A DNA stretch of 64,000 bases from Sedimentisphaerales bacterium (GTDB lineage Bacteria; Planctomycetota; Phycisphaerae; Sedimentisphaerales; Anaerobacaceae): positions 1,600,001 to 1,664,000 of the forward strand of contig OY970194.1 of the NCBI GenBank assembly GCA_963708075.1, read 5' to 3'. Below the pieces are notes generated by a model. The model was not told the origin of the DNA. It saw only the letters and a list, made by a program, of their open reading frames with translations, and did not search any database. The position numbers and the translations under genes are program-made. Shown here in pieces: positions 19,096-29,684 of the stretch (position 1 is its first letter; each line of letters opens with the position of its first letter).

Positions 19096-20353
19096 TCAGG
19101 GCTGCCTGAAAGCACTCCTGCTGGTCACCGCCCCAGTGGCCCATAATCCTGCCGTGTCGGCCGCCATTTGCTCGGCGATCACCTCGTTGCCCCACTCGCT
19201 CAAGTGGCACCAGTCGATGAAGACAGGCTGCGGCACCTCAGCGAAGGTTCCGCAGAGGTTCTCGGAAGTCTCCTTCGTGTTCCACAGCATCCTCTTTCCG
19301 ACATACCAGCTCACAGGCACGCCGGCAAAACGGCTGCAGGCCTTCGACGCTCTTTCGTTGCGCCTCCTCGTAGGCGGTCAGATGCCCCTTGTCGAAGACT
19401 GTGGGCTGCCAATAGAAGAGTGTCTTGAAACCATAGGCCTCTCCCAAGGCCCTTATGATCCGCCTGTTGCTTTCGTAGATGGTCAGGATCTCTCGAAGCA
19501 AATCCTCCTTGCCGGATAGGGGATTGTTCATAGTGCCCCAATAGGCGGCGGCGGTATCCTGCCGGCCGCCCACACCAAGCCGGCGAAGGAGACCCCTGGA
19601 CAATCGTAGCACGGCGAGTCTCTCAACCGTTCTGCGCAGGAACACGGCTCGCAGGGATCGATAGCTGGTGGGTTGCGTCAGGTTGAATTCGTTCACCCGG
19701 TTATATTCATTATGAGGCAGCCCTGCGGCACGTTGCTGATAGGCCGAGTACATGTCGTTCACGCCGTCGTAGAAGATCACCAGATCCGGGATATTGCCTT
19801 TCCGCACCTCCCCGATCAGCGCAATGACTTCCTGCGTGCTCACGTATCCGGATTCCCCGAAGTTGGTCACCTCGGCCTCGATCCCCGTTTCCTCAAGTTT
19901 TCTGGCGAGGAAGGAGGGGATTGTGGCATCGTCCCTCACCCCTACCCCCCACACGGTTGAGCCGCCGAACACAAAGATGGACAGTCGATCAGCCCCCTGG
20001 TGGTCCTCATCGGCCCTCCACGTCCGCCGAATGCCATTGAGGTCGATATTGATGTACTGCCCCTGGTAGGGCTTTCGCCGCCAGTACACGTAGGACGACC
20101 ACCTGGTTACGGAGGACTCCTCGAATTCGCTGTAGTACTGATGCACCCAGGAGGCGCCGGCATAGGCATCCGCCCGGGCACGCCAATCCTGTGAAACCGG
20201 AGAAGCAGAAGGTCGGGCCCACCCCCTTATGGCATAGGCGAGCGACAGGGTGGTTTCGAGTACAAGCAGGAGCAGGAACGTTACTCCCAGAATGAGCCAG
20301 GCCTCTTTGGCCCGGGTGAGCACTCCTCCCATTTTCCCCAGCTTGCCTTTCAT
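19096..20353 (-). CDS. SGNH/GDSL hydrolase with N-terminal TM anchor; apparent frameshift near 19265
   Basis: FGGSTVWG, NFGESGY, YDGVND in ORF 19238-20392. The catalytic DxxH (FIDWCHLSEWGN) lies in the shifted ORF 19096-19320. Confidence 0.82.
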
Positions 20354-20768
20354 ACACGTCTCCTCAGTCCCGTCGGAGCACGGCGGATTCATAGGACAGT
20401 TTCACGTAGTCCGTCCAGCCTCTGCCGGATCGCCACAACTATACCCGGTGATCCGGCTCCGGGATTCTACGGATGACGAGTGAGCAGCGACTTGCAGTAA
20501 ATGGCTGCACTTGCACGGCCATAACCTCACCAGTCTATGCTAGCACCTCATGAAAGTTGCATCCGGAAATCCCTGATAAGTGGCTTCGGCGGCACGTTCG
20601 CTGCCTTAGCGGACCTCAAGGAAGTTCCTACTGGCTTGCATTCTTGCGGTCGATCCGCTATTCTATCCGTGAAAGTCCGGCTCCTGGTCCATTGCGGGTA
20701 GATGCGGGTGAACTTACCACGGACGGTCCGAGCTGGCAGATAGACGAATAGTCGCATCAGGAAACGAT

Positions 20769-22598
20769 ATGGATATCCTGGGGATCTCGGCCTTCTATCA
20801 TGATAGTGCGGCGGCCCTCGTGCGTGACGGTGAGATCGTCGCGGCCGCTCAGGAGGAGAGATTCACGCGAGTCAAGCACGACAGCCGCTTCCCCCTGCAC
20901 GCAGTCAATTACTGCCTCCAGGCTGCGGGCCTTACCCCTGAGGAACTCGACCACGTCGTGTTCTATGAGAAGCCCCTGCTCAAGTTCGAGCGACTCCTGG
21001 AAACCTATCTGGCTTACGCCCCGCGGGGCTTCGGCCAGTTCCTGGCGGGTCTGCCTATCTGGCTGAAGCAGAAGCTGCACCTGCCCCGCGAGATGGACAA
21101 GGCCCTGGAGCACCGCTACAAGGGCCGGTATGTCTTCACGGAACACCACGAGGCGCATGCGGCCAGTGCATTCTTCCCATCGCCCTTTGAAGAGGCGGCC
21201 ATCCTGACGATGGATGGCGTAGGCGAATGGGCCACTGCCAGTTTCGGCGTCGGCCGCGGAAACAAGATCGAACTGAGCCACGAGCTGGATTTCCCACATT
21301 CGCTCGGCTTGCTCTATTCCGCCTTCACGTACTTCACCGGGTTCAAGGTCAATTCGGGCGAGTATAAGCTGATGGGATTGGCCCCTTATGGCGAGCCCAG
21401 GTACTATGATTTGATCATGGAGAAGCTGATCGACCTCAAGCCCGACGGCTCGCTGCGGCTGAACATGGACTATTTCGGGTACTGCCACACCATGGTTATG
21501 ACGAACCGCGAATTTGACGGGCTCTTTGGCGATCCGCCCCGCAAGCCGGAAAGTCCCCTGACGCAGCGGGAAATGGATATCGCCGCCTCCATTCAGGCGG
21601 TCACCGAGGAGGCCATGCTGCGGGCAACCCGGCACGTCCACGAGCAGACCGGCATGAAGAACCTCGCACTGGCCGGCGGCGTGGCCCTCAATTGCGTCGC
21701 CAATGGGCGAATCCTGCGAGAGACACCGTTCGAGAACCTTTGGATTCAGCCGGCGGCGGGTGACGCAGGAGGCGCGCTCGGCGCCGCTTTGTTCGTGTGG
21801 TATCAGCTCCTGGGCAACCAGCGGCAGGTCACCGGGGACGACAACCAGCGGGCGTCACTGCTTGGACCAGCCTATGCCGATGAGCACATCCGCCAATTCC
21901 TCGATACTCGCGGCGCCAAATACCACACTTGCCCGGACGAGTCGGCGCTGATCGCGAAGGTGGCCGACCTGATCGACGAGGGCAAAGTCATCGGCTGGTT
22001 CCAGGGACGGATGGAGTTTGGACCGCGGGCCCTCGGCAGCCGCAGCATCATTGGCGATGCGAGGAGCCAGGAAATGCAGTCGATCATGAATCTTAAGATC
22101 AAGTTCCGCGAGTCCTTCCGGCCCTTCGCGCCCTGCGTGCTGCGGGAGGATGTGGCCGAGTACTTCAAGATGCGCCCGCAGGAGGACAGCCCGTACATGC
22201 TGCTCGTGGCTCCGATCCGCGAGGACAAACGCGTGGATTCGCAGCCATCGTCAGTGAAGGGGCTCGACAAGCTCAAGGTCAAGCGGAGTGTGGTCCCGGC
22301 CGTCACGCACGTCGATTACTCCGCCCGAGTCCAGACGGTGGACCGCGAGCGCCACCCCCGGCTGCACGGGCTGATGACCGCGTTCAAGCGGAAGACCGGA
22401 TGTCCCGTCATCATCAACACGAGCTTCAACATTCGAGGCGAGCCGATTGTCTGCTCACCGGAGGATGCCTATCGATGCTTCCTCACAACGAATATGGACG
22501 TGCTGGTGCTGGAGAACCAGATCCTGTATAAGCAGGAGCAGCCCCAGGCAAAGCAGCACGAAATCGACGAGTACAAGGCGCGGTTCCAACTGGATTGA
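20769..22598 (+). CDS. O-carbamoyltransferase (NodU/CmcH family)
   Basis: GISAFYHDSAA, QEERFTR, EHHEAHAASAF, GEYKLMGLAPYG, GGVALNC, EFGPRALG, RESFRPFAP, NTSFN. Confidence 0.95.
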   Translation: MDILGISAFYHDSAAALVRDGEIVAAAQEERFTRVKHDSRFPLHAVNYCLQAAGLTPEELDHVVFYEKPLLKFERLLETYLAYAPRGFGQFLAGLPIWLKQKLHLPREMDKALEHRYKGRYVFTEHHEAHAASAFFPSPFEEAAILTMDGVGEWATASFGVGRGNKIELSHELDFPHSLGLLYSAFTYFTGFKVNSGEYKLMGLAPYGEPRYYDLIMEKLIDLKPDGSLRLNMDYFGYCHTMVMTNREFDGLFGDPPRKPESPLTQREMDIAASIQAVTEEAMLRATRHVHEQTGMKNLALAGGVALNCVANGRILRETPFENLWIQPAAGDAGGALGAALFVWYQLLGNQRQVTGDDNQRASLLGPAYADEHIRQFLDTRGAKYHTCPDESALIAKVADLIDEGKVIGWFQGRMEFGPRALGSRSIIGDARSQEMQSIMNLKIKFRESFRPFAPCVLREDVAEYFKMRPQEDSPYMLLVAPIREDKRVDSQPSSVKGLDKLKVKRSVVPAVTHVDYSARVQTVDRERHPRLHGLMTAFKRKTGCPVIINTSFNIRGEPIVCSPEDAYRCFLTTNMDVLVLENQILYKQEQPQAKQHEIDEYKARFQLD

Positions 22599-22616
22599 GA
22601 AAGGGATAGAACGGTA

Positions 22617-23036
22617 ATGCCGCTGATCGAGATAGACTGGAATCCCGGCAGGAGACAACTGCGAGTCTTCGGGCTCAGCGCCTTGGCAGCCTCCGTTGTC
22701 CTGGCGGCAGTGTTCGTGCTGCTCTGGGGACTGGCGATCATCTGGGCAATCGTAGCTCTGGCGGCCGGCGCAGCGATTCTGCTTTGCAGCCTCGCTTCGC
22801 CTCGTGCGGCACGGGTCGTTTATATCGCTCTGAGTGCCGTGGGGCTGCCCATTGGATTCGTCGTCAGCTTTGTTCTGCTGGCGGCATTCTACTTTCTTCT
22901 GCTGACCCCCATCGCATTCGTATTTCGCCTGATCGGCAGGGACTCGCTGCATCGCAAATTCGATCGCGCCGCCGATAGTTACTGGATTGCCCGCAAGCCG
23001 ACGGCCAGTCTTGGCCGATACTTCCATCAGTCGTAA
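22617..23036 (+). CDS. SxtJ-family membrane protein
   Basis: LRVFG, TM segments, FYFLLLTP, GRDSL.R, SYWI, C-terminal YFHQ; follows the carbamoyltransferase. Confidence 0.75.
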   Translation: MPLIEIDWNPGRRQLRVFGLSALAASVVLAAVFVLLWGLAIIWAIVALAAGAAILLCSLASPRAARVVYIALSAVGLPIGFVVSFVLLAAFYFLLLTPIAFVFRLIGRDSLHRKFDRAADSYWIARKPTASLGRYFHQS

Positions 23037-23047
23037 TGTAGGACAAT

Positions 23048-23260
23048 ATGATGTCACCGAATCGTCAAAATAAAGAGTCGGCCCAGTTCGATGAGCTTGC
23101 TCAGGCGAAGCGGCCATCTTTGATTTCGGAGTTCTGGTACTTCCTCAAGACCAACAAGAAATGGTGGCTGCTGCCGATCATCATCGTCCTGCTGCTGCTG
23201 TGCCTGTTGGTCCTGCTGGGCGGTTCCGGCGCCGCCGTATTCATCTATCCGCTGTTCTGA
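23048..23260 (+). CDS. DUF5989 / SxtK-like small membrane protein
   Basis: EFWYFLKTNKKWWLLPII ... FIYPLF. Confidence 0.85.
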   Translation: MMSPNRQNKESAQFDELAQAKRPSLISEFWYFLKTNKKWWLLPIIIVLLLLCLLVLLGGSGAAVFIYPLF

Positions 23261-23266
23261 CGCCTC

Positions 23267-25462
23267 TCAGCGGGTCGCCTGGGGACCGAGGAGAGTCTCG
23301 GCCACCTTGCGGATTTGCGGTGAATTCGGGTCCAGTTGCAGGGCGGTGCGGATTTCCCGTGCTCCCTCCTCGCGTCGCCCCAGCTTGATTAGCACCAAGC
23401 CGACATTGGAGTGCAGGAGCGGGTGTTTCGGCGCCGCGGCCACACCCGCCTGGCAGACCTCGAGGGCCTCCTCCAACCGGCCCTTTTTGAACAGCATTTC
23501 GCCGAGGCCGAGATAGGCCGGCACACAATCGGGCGCGAAGCGGATCGCCTTTCGGTAGTGACTTGCCGCCATGTCTTCCTTGCCCTGTTTCTGGAGACAC
23601 CACGCGAGGTTATTGTGAGTGTCGCCCGCCATCGGCTTCAAGTCGAGCACTTTCTCGTACTCCGCCACCGCACCGCGTAAGTCCCCTTTTGCGCGTAGCA
23701 CCGAGCCCAGCGAGTTGTAGCCCGTGTACGAGTGCGGCAGCAGATTCAGGACTGTTCTGTATTCGCCGGCCGCCGGCTCGTACTGCTCCAGGTCCTCCGC
23801 CAGCAATTTCCCGTAATCCCAGTGCAATCGCCAGTCGTCCGGCGCCTGGGCAATCATTGCCCGATACTGCTCGGCGATAGCTCGAAGCACATCGGGCGAC
23901 AGCCCCTTTTTCAGGGCGTCAAGCTTCTGTTGAAGGATGGCGACATGCTCCTTGTGGTGGAGTTGATTTGTAAATGGCGGCTTGGCCAGAAACTCATTCA
24001 CAATCGTGTCCAGCGACTGGTGACGGCTCCAATCGGTGTACATCAAGCGCTGGGCACATCGCTCCAGTGTCGGCACCTCGCCCTGCCCGGCTCCTTTAAG
24101 CCGCTCAGCGACGACAGGCTCGATCTGATCAAGGACCGTTCGCGCCACAAGGTAGTTGCCCTCGAACGTCAGGTGCACATGCTCGTAGAAGAACTCCTCG
24201 CCGGGCAGCTCGTGCGGGCTGTTGTCGGCAAGTGACGTGGCGACGTCGGCAAGGTGAACGCCCTGCCCGCGCCGCTGATCCGCCACGGCTTTGATGGTCT
24301 CATTGATTCCCGAATCCGCGCGGAAGCGGAGCACGTCCAGGTCCCGCGCCCGGGTAAAGTGCCCGGCGGCCTTCTCATATTCGCCAAGCTGCCAGTGGCA
24401 TTGCCCAAGCCGGAATTGCAGCTCGGCGTGCGAGTCGTCGATCCGAGCCGCTTCGAGGTAGGACTCGATCGCCTGGGCATGACTCGCCTGTGTCTCGTAC
24501 TGCACCCCCTGCCGATAGAACTGCTCCCAGCGGGCCTGTTGCTCTGCCGTCAGACCCGGCTTGGGCAACGATGCGAATGGGGGACAATCCCGCAGATTTG
24601 TCCCCAGCGTACAAAGGATGGTCTGCGCCCCTGCACCGGCGGCGGCACGGCAGATATCTTCCAGGTTCCGGCGGAAATGCTTGTAGACCACGTTGAGCCG
24701 GGGATCATCCACCCGCACCTGCTGCCCGACGAACATTTCCATGCCCTGCCAGCGCGTGGGCCCTCCCTCCCGCCGCACCCGCGTCAAACCCGAGAGCAAC
24801 TGGCCGATCCGGGTCTTGCGTGCCGCGATGCCCAGCCGGATCAGATGCAGATTGGATAGCACCGGCGTCAGCACGGTCCCCGGACCATATGGGCCTACCA
24901 CCTCGTTGTTGCCCATGTAGATGACGAACAGGTCCGGCTCGTACCGGGCACAGTCTTTAGCGACTTCCACGACCACGTGGGAGTTGATCGCCGCCATGGC
25001 TGCCGTAATCACTTCAAAGCGGGTATCCGGGAATCGCTCCTGAAGCATGGCTTCGAGGATTCGCCCGAACCGAAACGCATGATTTGGGACCCCCTGAGCG
25101 GCGGACGAGCCCAGCACGAAGACGCGATATGTTCCGGCGGGTTTGCGGGTCGGGAAGACGAACGGCTCGAACTCGCGGGCCAGCATCGCGGGGAAGAATC
25201 GCCGGCTGAACGTCAGGTTGTCGCCGCGATGCGGCACGCCGTTCACCTTGCACGCCACCGTCACGCCCGGCTGATAGCCATAGCCGACGACACGCAGGGC
25301 CGTCTCCAGCAGGCACAGGAGAACCAGCGGTACGCCGGCAACCGCAATAAGGCGAAACAGCCACAACCGCCAGCCTGTGACGGGCTCTCGCCGGACCTGC
25401 TTGCCCTGCGGTTTTGTCCCCGGCGTTCGGTGAGGAGGTTGTTTGCGTCGTCTTGCTGACAT
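23267..25462 (-). CDS. Membrane-anchored SGNH-like domain plus tetratricopeptide-repeat protein
   Basis: N-terminal TM, FVLGSSAAQG, YMGNNE, FYEHVH, several TPR-like helical repeats. Confidence 0.8.
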   Translation of the reverse strand: MSARRRKQPPHRTPGTKPQGKQVRREPVTGWRLWLFRLIAVAGVPLVLLCLLETALRVVGYGYQPGVTVACKVNGVPHRGDNLTFSRRFFPAMLAREFEPFVFPTRKPAGTYRVFVLGSSAAQGVPNHAFRFGRILEAMLQERFPDTRFEVITAAMAAINSHVVVEVAKDCARYEPDLFVIYMGNNEVVGPYGPGTVLTPVLSNLHLIRLGIAARKTRIGQLLSGLTRVRREGGPTRWQGMEMFVGQQVRVDDPRLNVVYKHFRRNLEDICRAAAGAGAQTILCTLGTNLRDCPPFASLPKPGLTAEQQARWEQFYRQGVQYETQASHAQAIESYLEAARIDDSHAELQFRLGQCHWQLGEYEKAAGHFTRARDLDVLRFRADSGINETIKAVADQRRGQGVHLADVATSLADNSPHELPGEEFFYEHVHLTFEGNYLVARTVLDQIEPVVAERLKGAGQGEVPTLERCAQRLMYTDWSRHQSLDTIVNEFLAKPPFTNQLHHKEHVAILQQKLDALKKGLSPDVLRAIAEQYRAMIAQAPDDWRLHWDYGKLLAEDLEQYEPAAGEYRTVLNLLPHSYTGYNSLGSVLRAKGDLRGAVAEYEKVLDLKPMAGDTHNNLAWCLQKQGKEDMAASHYRKAIRFAPDCVPAYLGLGEMLFKKGRLEEALEVCQAGVAAAPKHPLLHSNVGLVLIKLGRREEGAREIRTALQLDPNSPQIRKVAETLLGPQATR

Positions 25463-25537
25463 GGATCGGACCCCTGACGCATCCGGCTGATGAGCCGGCA
25501 TGGAAGTGGTGAGCGTACCGCCGCGTCCCTGCGGCCG

Positions 25538-26644
25538 TCACTTCGTCTTTATCGCATCCACCTCGATCTCGTAGAGGAGGTCGTCCCGGCAGATGTCATT
25601 CTCGACGACAACCGCCGGAAACAGCGGCAGCCCGGCGTCCTTCCGGTACGCCTCAAAGAGAGACGCATCCGGCGCCTTTTTGAAGTACACGAGGGAGCGT
25701 GTGACATCCGTCCAGTCCATACCTCTGGATCGCAAAATAGCCTGCACAACTTCCATCGTCTGTCGGACCTGGGCTCGGCAATCTCCAAGAAAGACGGTCT
25801 TGCCGGATCCGTCGATACTGGCCGTCCCGGAGACGTACAACCGCCGACAGTCGGGCAGATCGAGCTCGACTGCCCGGCTGAAGCTGCTGCCGTAATCCGC
25901 CGCCGATGATTGCAGAGGCGAAGGCACGGCGAAGGCCTTGACCGTCGGGTCCTTGGCCTCTACGGCGATCAAACCGCTGATCAGGCCGGCCTCAATCGAA
26001 TTACGGCCGGCGACGCCCGTGCTGGCGGGCATCATGCCGCTAAAGACGCTTCGCTCCCGGAAAAACGCGTTACGGACTCCGTTGAACTCGCGGTACCAGG
26101 CAAGGATGTCATCGTTGTAGAACCACGTGCGCAGCACGTTGGAAAAGGCCATGCGCTGGCTCGCCAGGCCTGCTTCCATCTGCCGAAAGATCTCATCCGC
26201 CTGCTGGGGCCGAGGCACAGCGGTGTTGGTCGGCAGCAGGCCCACCAGCCGCAGATAGCGGCCGAATTGGTCTTCGATCAAGGTGCCGATCCGCCGGCCA
26301 TTGAGATGCACGGGAACCGTCTTCGCGCCGGAAATCGCCCACAGGTGAACCCCGCAGAGGTTGTCCGTTCGACAGTTCTCCACCCATCCCACGGGCGCGT
26401 CACTGCCGCCGAGCGCGTTACTCAGCGACTCCAGACTCTTTCTGTCGCCGGCGGACATGCCTAGTGACTCAACGGAGATCACCTGGCCGCCAACCTGCCG
26501 AACAGCGTCACCCAGTCGCTGAAAGAGCGACTCGGGAGATTCATCACGCACAGGGGTCAGCGTGATGAAATGCTCTTGGACGGAATCCCGGCGCAACGTC
26601 GTGACGCTCAAGCCATTTGCGGCTCGTCTCTGAACACTCGTCAA
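25538..26644 (-). CDS. YjgF/RidA-fold multidomain protein (FkbO/Hyg5-like)
   Basis: LRTWFY, PASTGV, SSFSRA, LYVSGTASI, DICRDDLLYEIE; TTG start with AGGAG. Confidence 0.75.
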   Translation of the reverse strand: MTSVQRRAANGLSVTTLRRDSVQEHFITLTPVRDESPESLFQRLGDAVRQVGGQVISVESLGMSAGDRKSLESLSNALGGSDAPVGWVENCRTDNLCGVHLWAISGAKTVPVHLNGRRIGTLIEDQFGRYLRLVGLLPTNTAVPRPQQADEIFRQMEAGLASQRMAFSNVLRTWFYNDDILAWYREFNGVRNAFFRERSVFSGMMPASTGVAGRNSIEAGLISGLIAVEAKDPTVKAFAVPSPLQSSAADYGSSFSRAVELDLPDCRRLYVSGTASIDGSGKTVFLGDCRAQVRQTMEVVQAILRSRGMDWTDVTRSLVYFKKAPDASLFEAYRKDAGLPLFPAVVVENDICRDDLLYEIEVDAIKTK

Positions 26645-26692
26645 TGCTGCGGCTCCTGCCTACCGTTACCAAATTGCGAAACACATTTCTTC

Positions 26693-26721
26693 TGTATACC
26701 AGGAACGTGGGCCCAATGCAA
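26693..26721 (-). promoter_or_regulatory. sigma70-type promoter
   Basis: Minus strand TTGCAT-17 nt-TATACA upstream of 26644. Confidence 0.4.
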
Positions 26722-26924
26722 CTACTTGCTGCCTCCTGGGACGAAATTACGGGGCTTCTTGCGGACAGAGATAGAGGCTGCAAACAGCCCGAGGAAACGC
26801 CTCCAGCAGTGTCACGACCGACAATGAACGGGGCGACAACGGCCGTGTGGCATGGCACAGAGGGTGCCATGGGGCACTGCAAATCAGCTTATCGGACATC
26901 CGTCGGTTGCCAACCTGAGTCTCT

Positions 26925-27017
26925 GGGTGGCGCCGCCAAACTCGTCTGACGGTGCTCACTCGATTGGGCGTGACTATCCGAAAACCCCACGGGCAAACGA
27001 GTTTGCCCGTGCCACCC
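26925..27017. repeat. Inverted REP doublet, GGGTGGC family
   Basis: gggtggcgccgccaaactcgtctgacggtg ... cacgggcaaacgagtttgcccgtgccaccc. Confidence 0.75.
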
Positions 27018-27065
27018 TCTATCACATCCGCCCGCGCCAGGCACTTCGGCCCTGACGCTGCCACC

Positions 27066-27785
27066 TCACCTGGTGGCGGCTCGCTTCAGGGCGGCCACTT
27101 CGGCCTTTGTCAGCGGCCTGAATTTGCCCACGCCCAGACTCCCTAGTTTCAGCGGGCCGATGCGGGTCCTTTTGAGCGATTGGACGGGCAAGCCGACCTT
27201 GGCGAGCATGCGGCGGACCTGGCGGTTCAGGCCCTGCTTGATCGTAATCTCGACGAACGATTCGTTCCGGCCGCTCTTGAGCACCTTCACATCGGCCTCC
27301 GTCGTCCTGCCTTCGGCCAGCCAGACGCCCTTTCGCAGCTTCTGGAGGGCCTCGCCTTCGATGCGTCCGGTGATCCTGGCCACATACGCCTTCGGCACCT
27401 TGTACTTGGGGTGCGTCAGGAGATTCGTCAACTCGGCATCATTGGTCAGGATGATCAGGCCGGTCGTATCGGCATCAAGCCGGCCGACGCAGAAGACCCG
27501 TTCCACGGGCGGGACCAGATCGGTAGCTTTCGGTCGGCGCTGCGGATCGTCGCTCGTGCAGATGACGCCTTTGGGCTTGTTCAGCAGGAAGTACACGGGC
27601 TCGCGCCGGCGAATCCGCTGGCCGCTGACAGTGATGCTATCTGTTTCAGGGTCCACGAACGCAGGCAGCTCATCGACAACCCGGCCGTTGACGCTGACCA
27701 CACCCTCCAGGATCAACTCCTCGCATTCCCTGCGCGAGGCCACGCCCGCCGACGCCATCACTTTTTGCAGTCGCTCTTTTGCCAT
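27066..27785 (-). CDS. rRNA pseudouridine synthase (RsuA/RluB family) with S4 domain
   Basis: ERLQKVMASAGVASRR, LNKPKG, VGRLDADTTGL, GLNRQVRRM. Confidence 0.95.
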   Translation of the reverse strand: MAKERLQKVMASAGVASRRECEELILEGVVSVNGRVVDELPAFVDPETDSITVSGQRIRRREPVYFLLNKPKGVICTSDDPQRRPKATDLVPPVERVFCVGRLDADTTGLIILTNDAELTNLLTHPKYKVPKAYVARITGRIEGEALQKLRKGVWLAEGRTTEADVKVLKSGRNESFVEITIKQGLNRQVRRMLAKVGLPVQSLKRTRIGPLKLGSLGVGKFRPLTKAEVAALKRAATR

Positions 27786-27832
27786 GCTTGACTATGCCGC
27801 TCTCGCGGCAACCTCCGTGCCCTCAACATCCG

Positions 27833-28723
27833 TTATCGCAAGAGTCCGTTGCCGTAAATGATCACAATGCACAAGACGACCCAGAGCACAAAGCCGATCT
27901 GGAACGCTCGATCCCGGAGAATCAGCTTCACCGGGTCAGAATACGCGCCCTTCTGCGTCAACGCGCTGAATCTGAAGATACAGTACAGTACCAGCGGCGT
28001 CGTGTACACTAGATCATTCGTGCCGAACAGCTCCCGGGTTCGAAAATCCATGGCATAGAGGAGAAAACAGGCCACCGCCAGGACGCTGCTGACGTCCAAC
28101 ATGTGGGCGAGCAACTCGGGCGTATATTCGCCGAGGGTTTTGCGGAACGCCTCGCTGTTAGCCTGAAGCTGAGCGATCTCGCCCCGGCGCTTGCTGAAGG
28201 CCATGAACAACGTCAGGGCAAACGTGCAGATCACCAGCCACGGCGAGATGAATACGTCGATCACCACCGCCCCCGCCACCGCCCGCAGGCAAAAGCCCGC
28301 CGCGATGACCGCACAGTCCAGGATCATGATGTGCTTCAGGCCCAGCGAGTAAAGCACCATCACGGCCATGTATGTGAGGATGATCGCCGCAAGTGCGGGA
28401 GAAAGGAACAGGCTGCCCGCCAGGGCGAGCACAGCGCAAACTGCCGCAACAATTGAGGCCGTCGACACGGTTACGCGGCCGGCGGCAATCGGCCTTGCAC
28501 GACGCTCGGGATGGATGCTATCCGTCCTGCGGTCGATGATATCGTTGAAGATGTACATCGCCGAGGAAGCCAGTGAGAAGCAGATGAATGCTCCCGTGGC
28601 CTGGGCAAAGGCCCAGAGGGTCTCCTCGACAGGGCCAAACAGCCGCCTGCCGAAGATCAACGCGGCGAACACGAAAATGTTCTTGATCCAGTGGACCGGG
28701 CGAAGGATTCGCAATATATCCAT
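27833..28723 (-). CDS. UbiA-family prenyltransferase (decaprenyl-phosphate phosphoribosyltransferase-like)
   Basis: RPVHWIKN, YIFNDIIDRRTD.IHPE...RPIAAG, YSLGLK, KRRGE. Confidence 0.88.
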   Translation of the reverse strand: MDILRILRPVHWIKNIFVFAALIFGRRLFGPVEETLWAFAQATGAFICFSLASSAMYIFNDIIDRRTDSIHPERRARPIAAGRVTVSTASIVAAVCAVLALAGSLFLSPALAAIILTYMAVMVLYSLGLKHIMILDCAVIAAGFCLRAVAGAVVIDVFISPWLVICTFALTLFMAFSKRRGEIAQLQANSEAFRKTLGEYTPELLAHMLDVSSVLAVACFLLYAMDFRTRELFGTNDLVYTTPLVLYCIFRFSALTQKGAYSDPVKLILRDRAFQIGFVLWVVLCIVIIYGNGLLR

Positions 28724-28863
28724 CAGCAGTCTTTCCCGCGGCCAAACGACGGTGGCACGCACCTGTAATCATCGACAAATCGAGCCGATGCGTGTAGGAT
28801 TATACAGGCGGCCGCGTGCTTTGTGTACGGCCGATGTGGAATCCTTGCTGGGGCAGTGCTGCG

Positions 28864-29559
28864 ATGATAACAACCGTGGTTTTCGATCTCGACGACACGC
28901 TGTACGACGAGATTGACTTCTGCCGCAGCGGATTCCGGGCGGGGGCGGAGTTTATCGCGACATTATCGGACACGCACACGCCGAACGACATCCTTGCGAC
29001 GATCTGGGACTGCTTCATCACGGGCGATCACGGCTCGACCTTCGACGCCGCTCTGAGACGCCTCGGCATCCCGTACGACCTGAACATCATCGGCAGGCTG
29101 GTCGAGATCTATCGCACGCACACACCGACGCTCACCCTGCCGGTCGGGAGCCGGGCCACGCTCGATGCCCTCAAGGGCAGATACACCCTGGGCCTCCTGA
29201 CCGACGGCTACATGCCCACGCAACGGCTGAAGGTGCAGGCGTTGGGCATCGAGGATTACTTCGCGGCGATCGTGTACACGGAAGAGCTGGGCCGGGAGTT
29301 CTGGAAACCTTCGCCGCGAGGATTCGAAAGACTGATCGAGTTGCTTCACGCCCGCCCGGAGCAGATGGCCTACATAGCCGACAACGAGACAAAGGACTTC
29401 ATCGCCCCGAACCAGCTCGGCATGTTCACCATCCAGCTCCTGCGTCCCCGCGGCTTGTACGGGCGGGTTTCAAACCCGCCCCTACCCCATCCCCACGCCA
29501 CCCCGAAACTTCGGATCGACGGAATCGATAAGCTGGTCGATGTTCTGGCACAATCCTGA
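28864..29559 (+). CDS. HAD-superfamily hydrolase carrying an in-frame REP near the C-terminus
   Basis: VFDLDDTLY, LLTDG, WKP, YIADNETKDF. Confidence 0.9.
   Translation: MITTVVFDLDDTLYDEIDFCRSGFRAGAEFIATLSDTHTPNDILATIWDCFITGDHGSTFDAALRRLGIPYDLNIIGRLVEIYRTHTPTLTLPVGSRATLDALKGRYTLGLLTDGYMPTQRLKVQALGIEDYFAAIVYTEELGREFWKPSPRGFERLIELLHARPEQMAYIADNETKDFIAPNQLGMFTIQLLRPRGLYGRVSNPPLPHPHATPKLRIDGIDKLVDVLAQS
29457..29485 (-). repeat. GTAG-type REP inside the HAD coding sequence
   Basis: Reverse complement GTAGGGGCGGGTTTGAAACCCGCCCGTAC; 25 bp identical to 35664-35688. Confidence 0.85.
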
Positions 29560-29684
29560 GCCGCCACTGTCATTGCCCGGCTTCGGGAACAACTGATGTG
29601 ACTTCTTGTGGCGGCACAGGCCGGATGCCTGTACAATTACCTCCCGAGCCGCTGTGACTCGGCGGCAATGGGATATTGGGAGGC

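Noticed and set aside
20769..23260. Saxitoxin biosynthesis cluster (sxtI/J/K-like genes)
   Set aside because: No sxtA, sxtG or other core genes are in the window, and the trio is widespread outside toxin producers.
26650..26920. Riboswitch upstream of the RidA-fold gene
   Set aside because: No recognisable aptamer consensus, and a plausible promoter lies only about 50 bp from the start codon.
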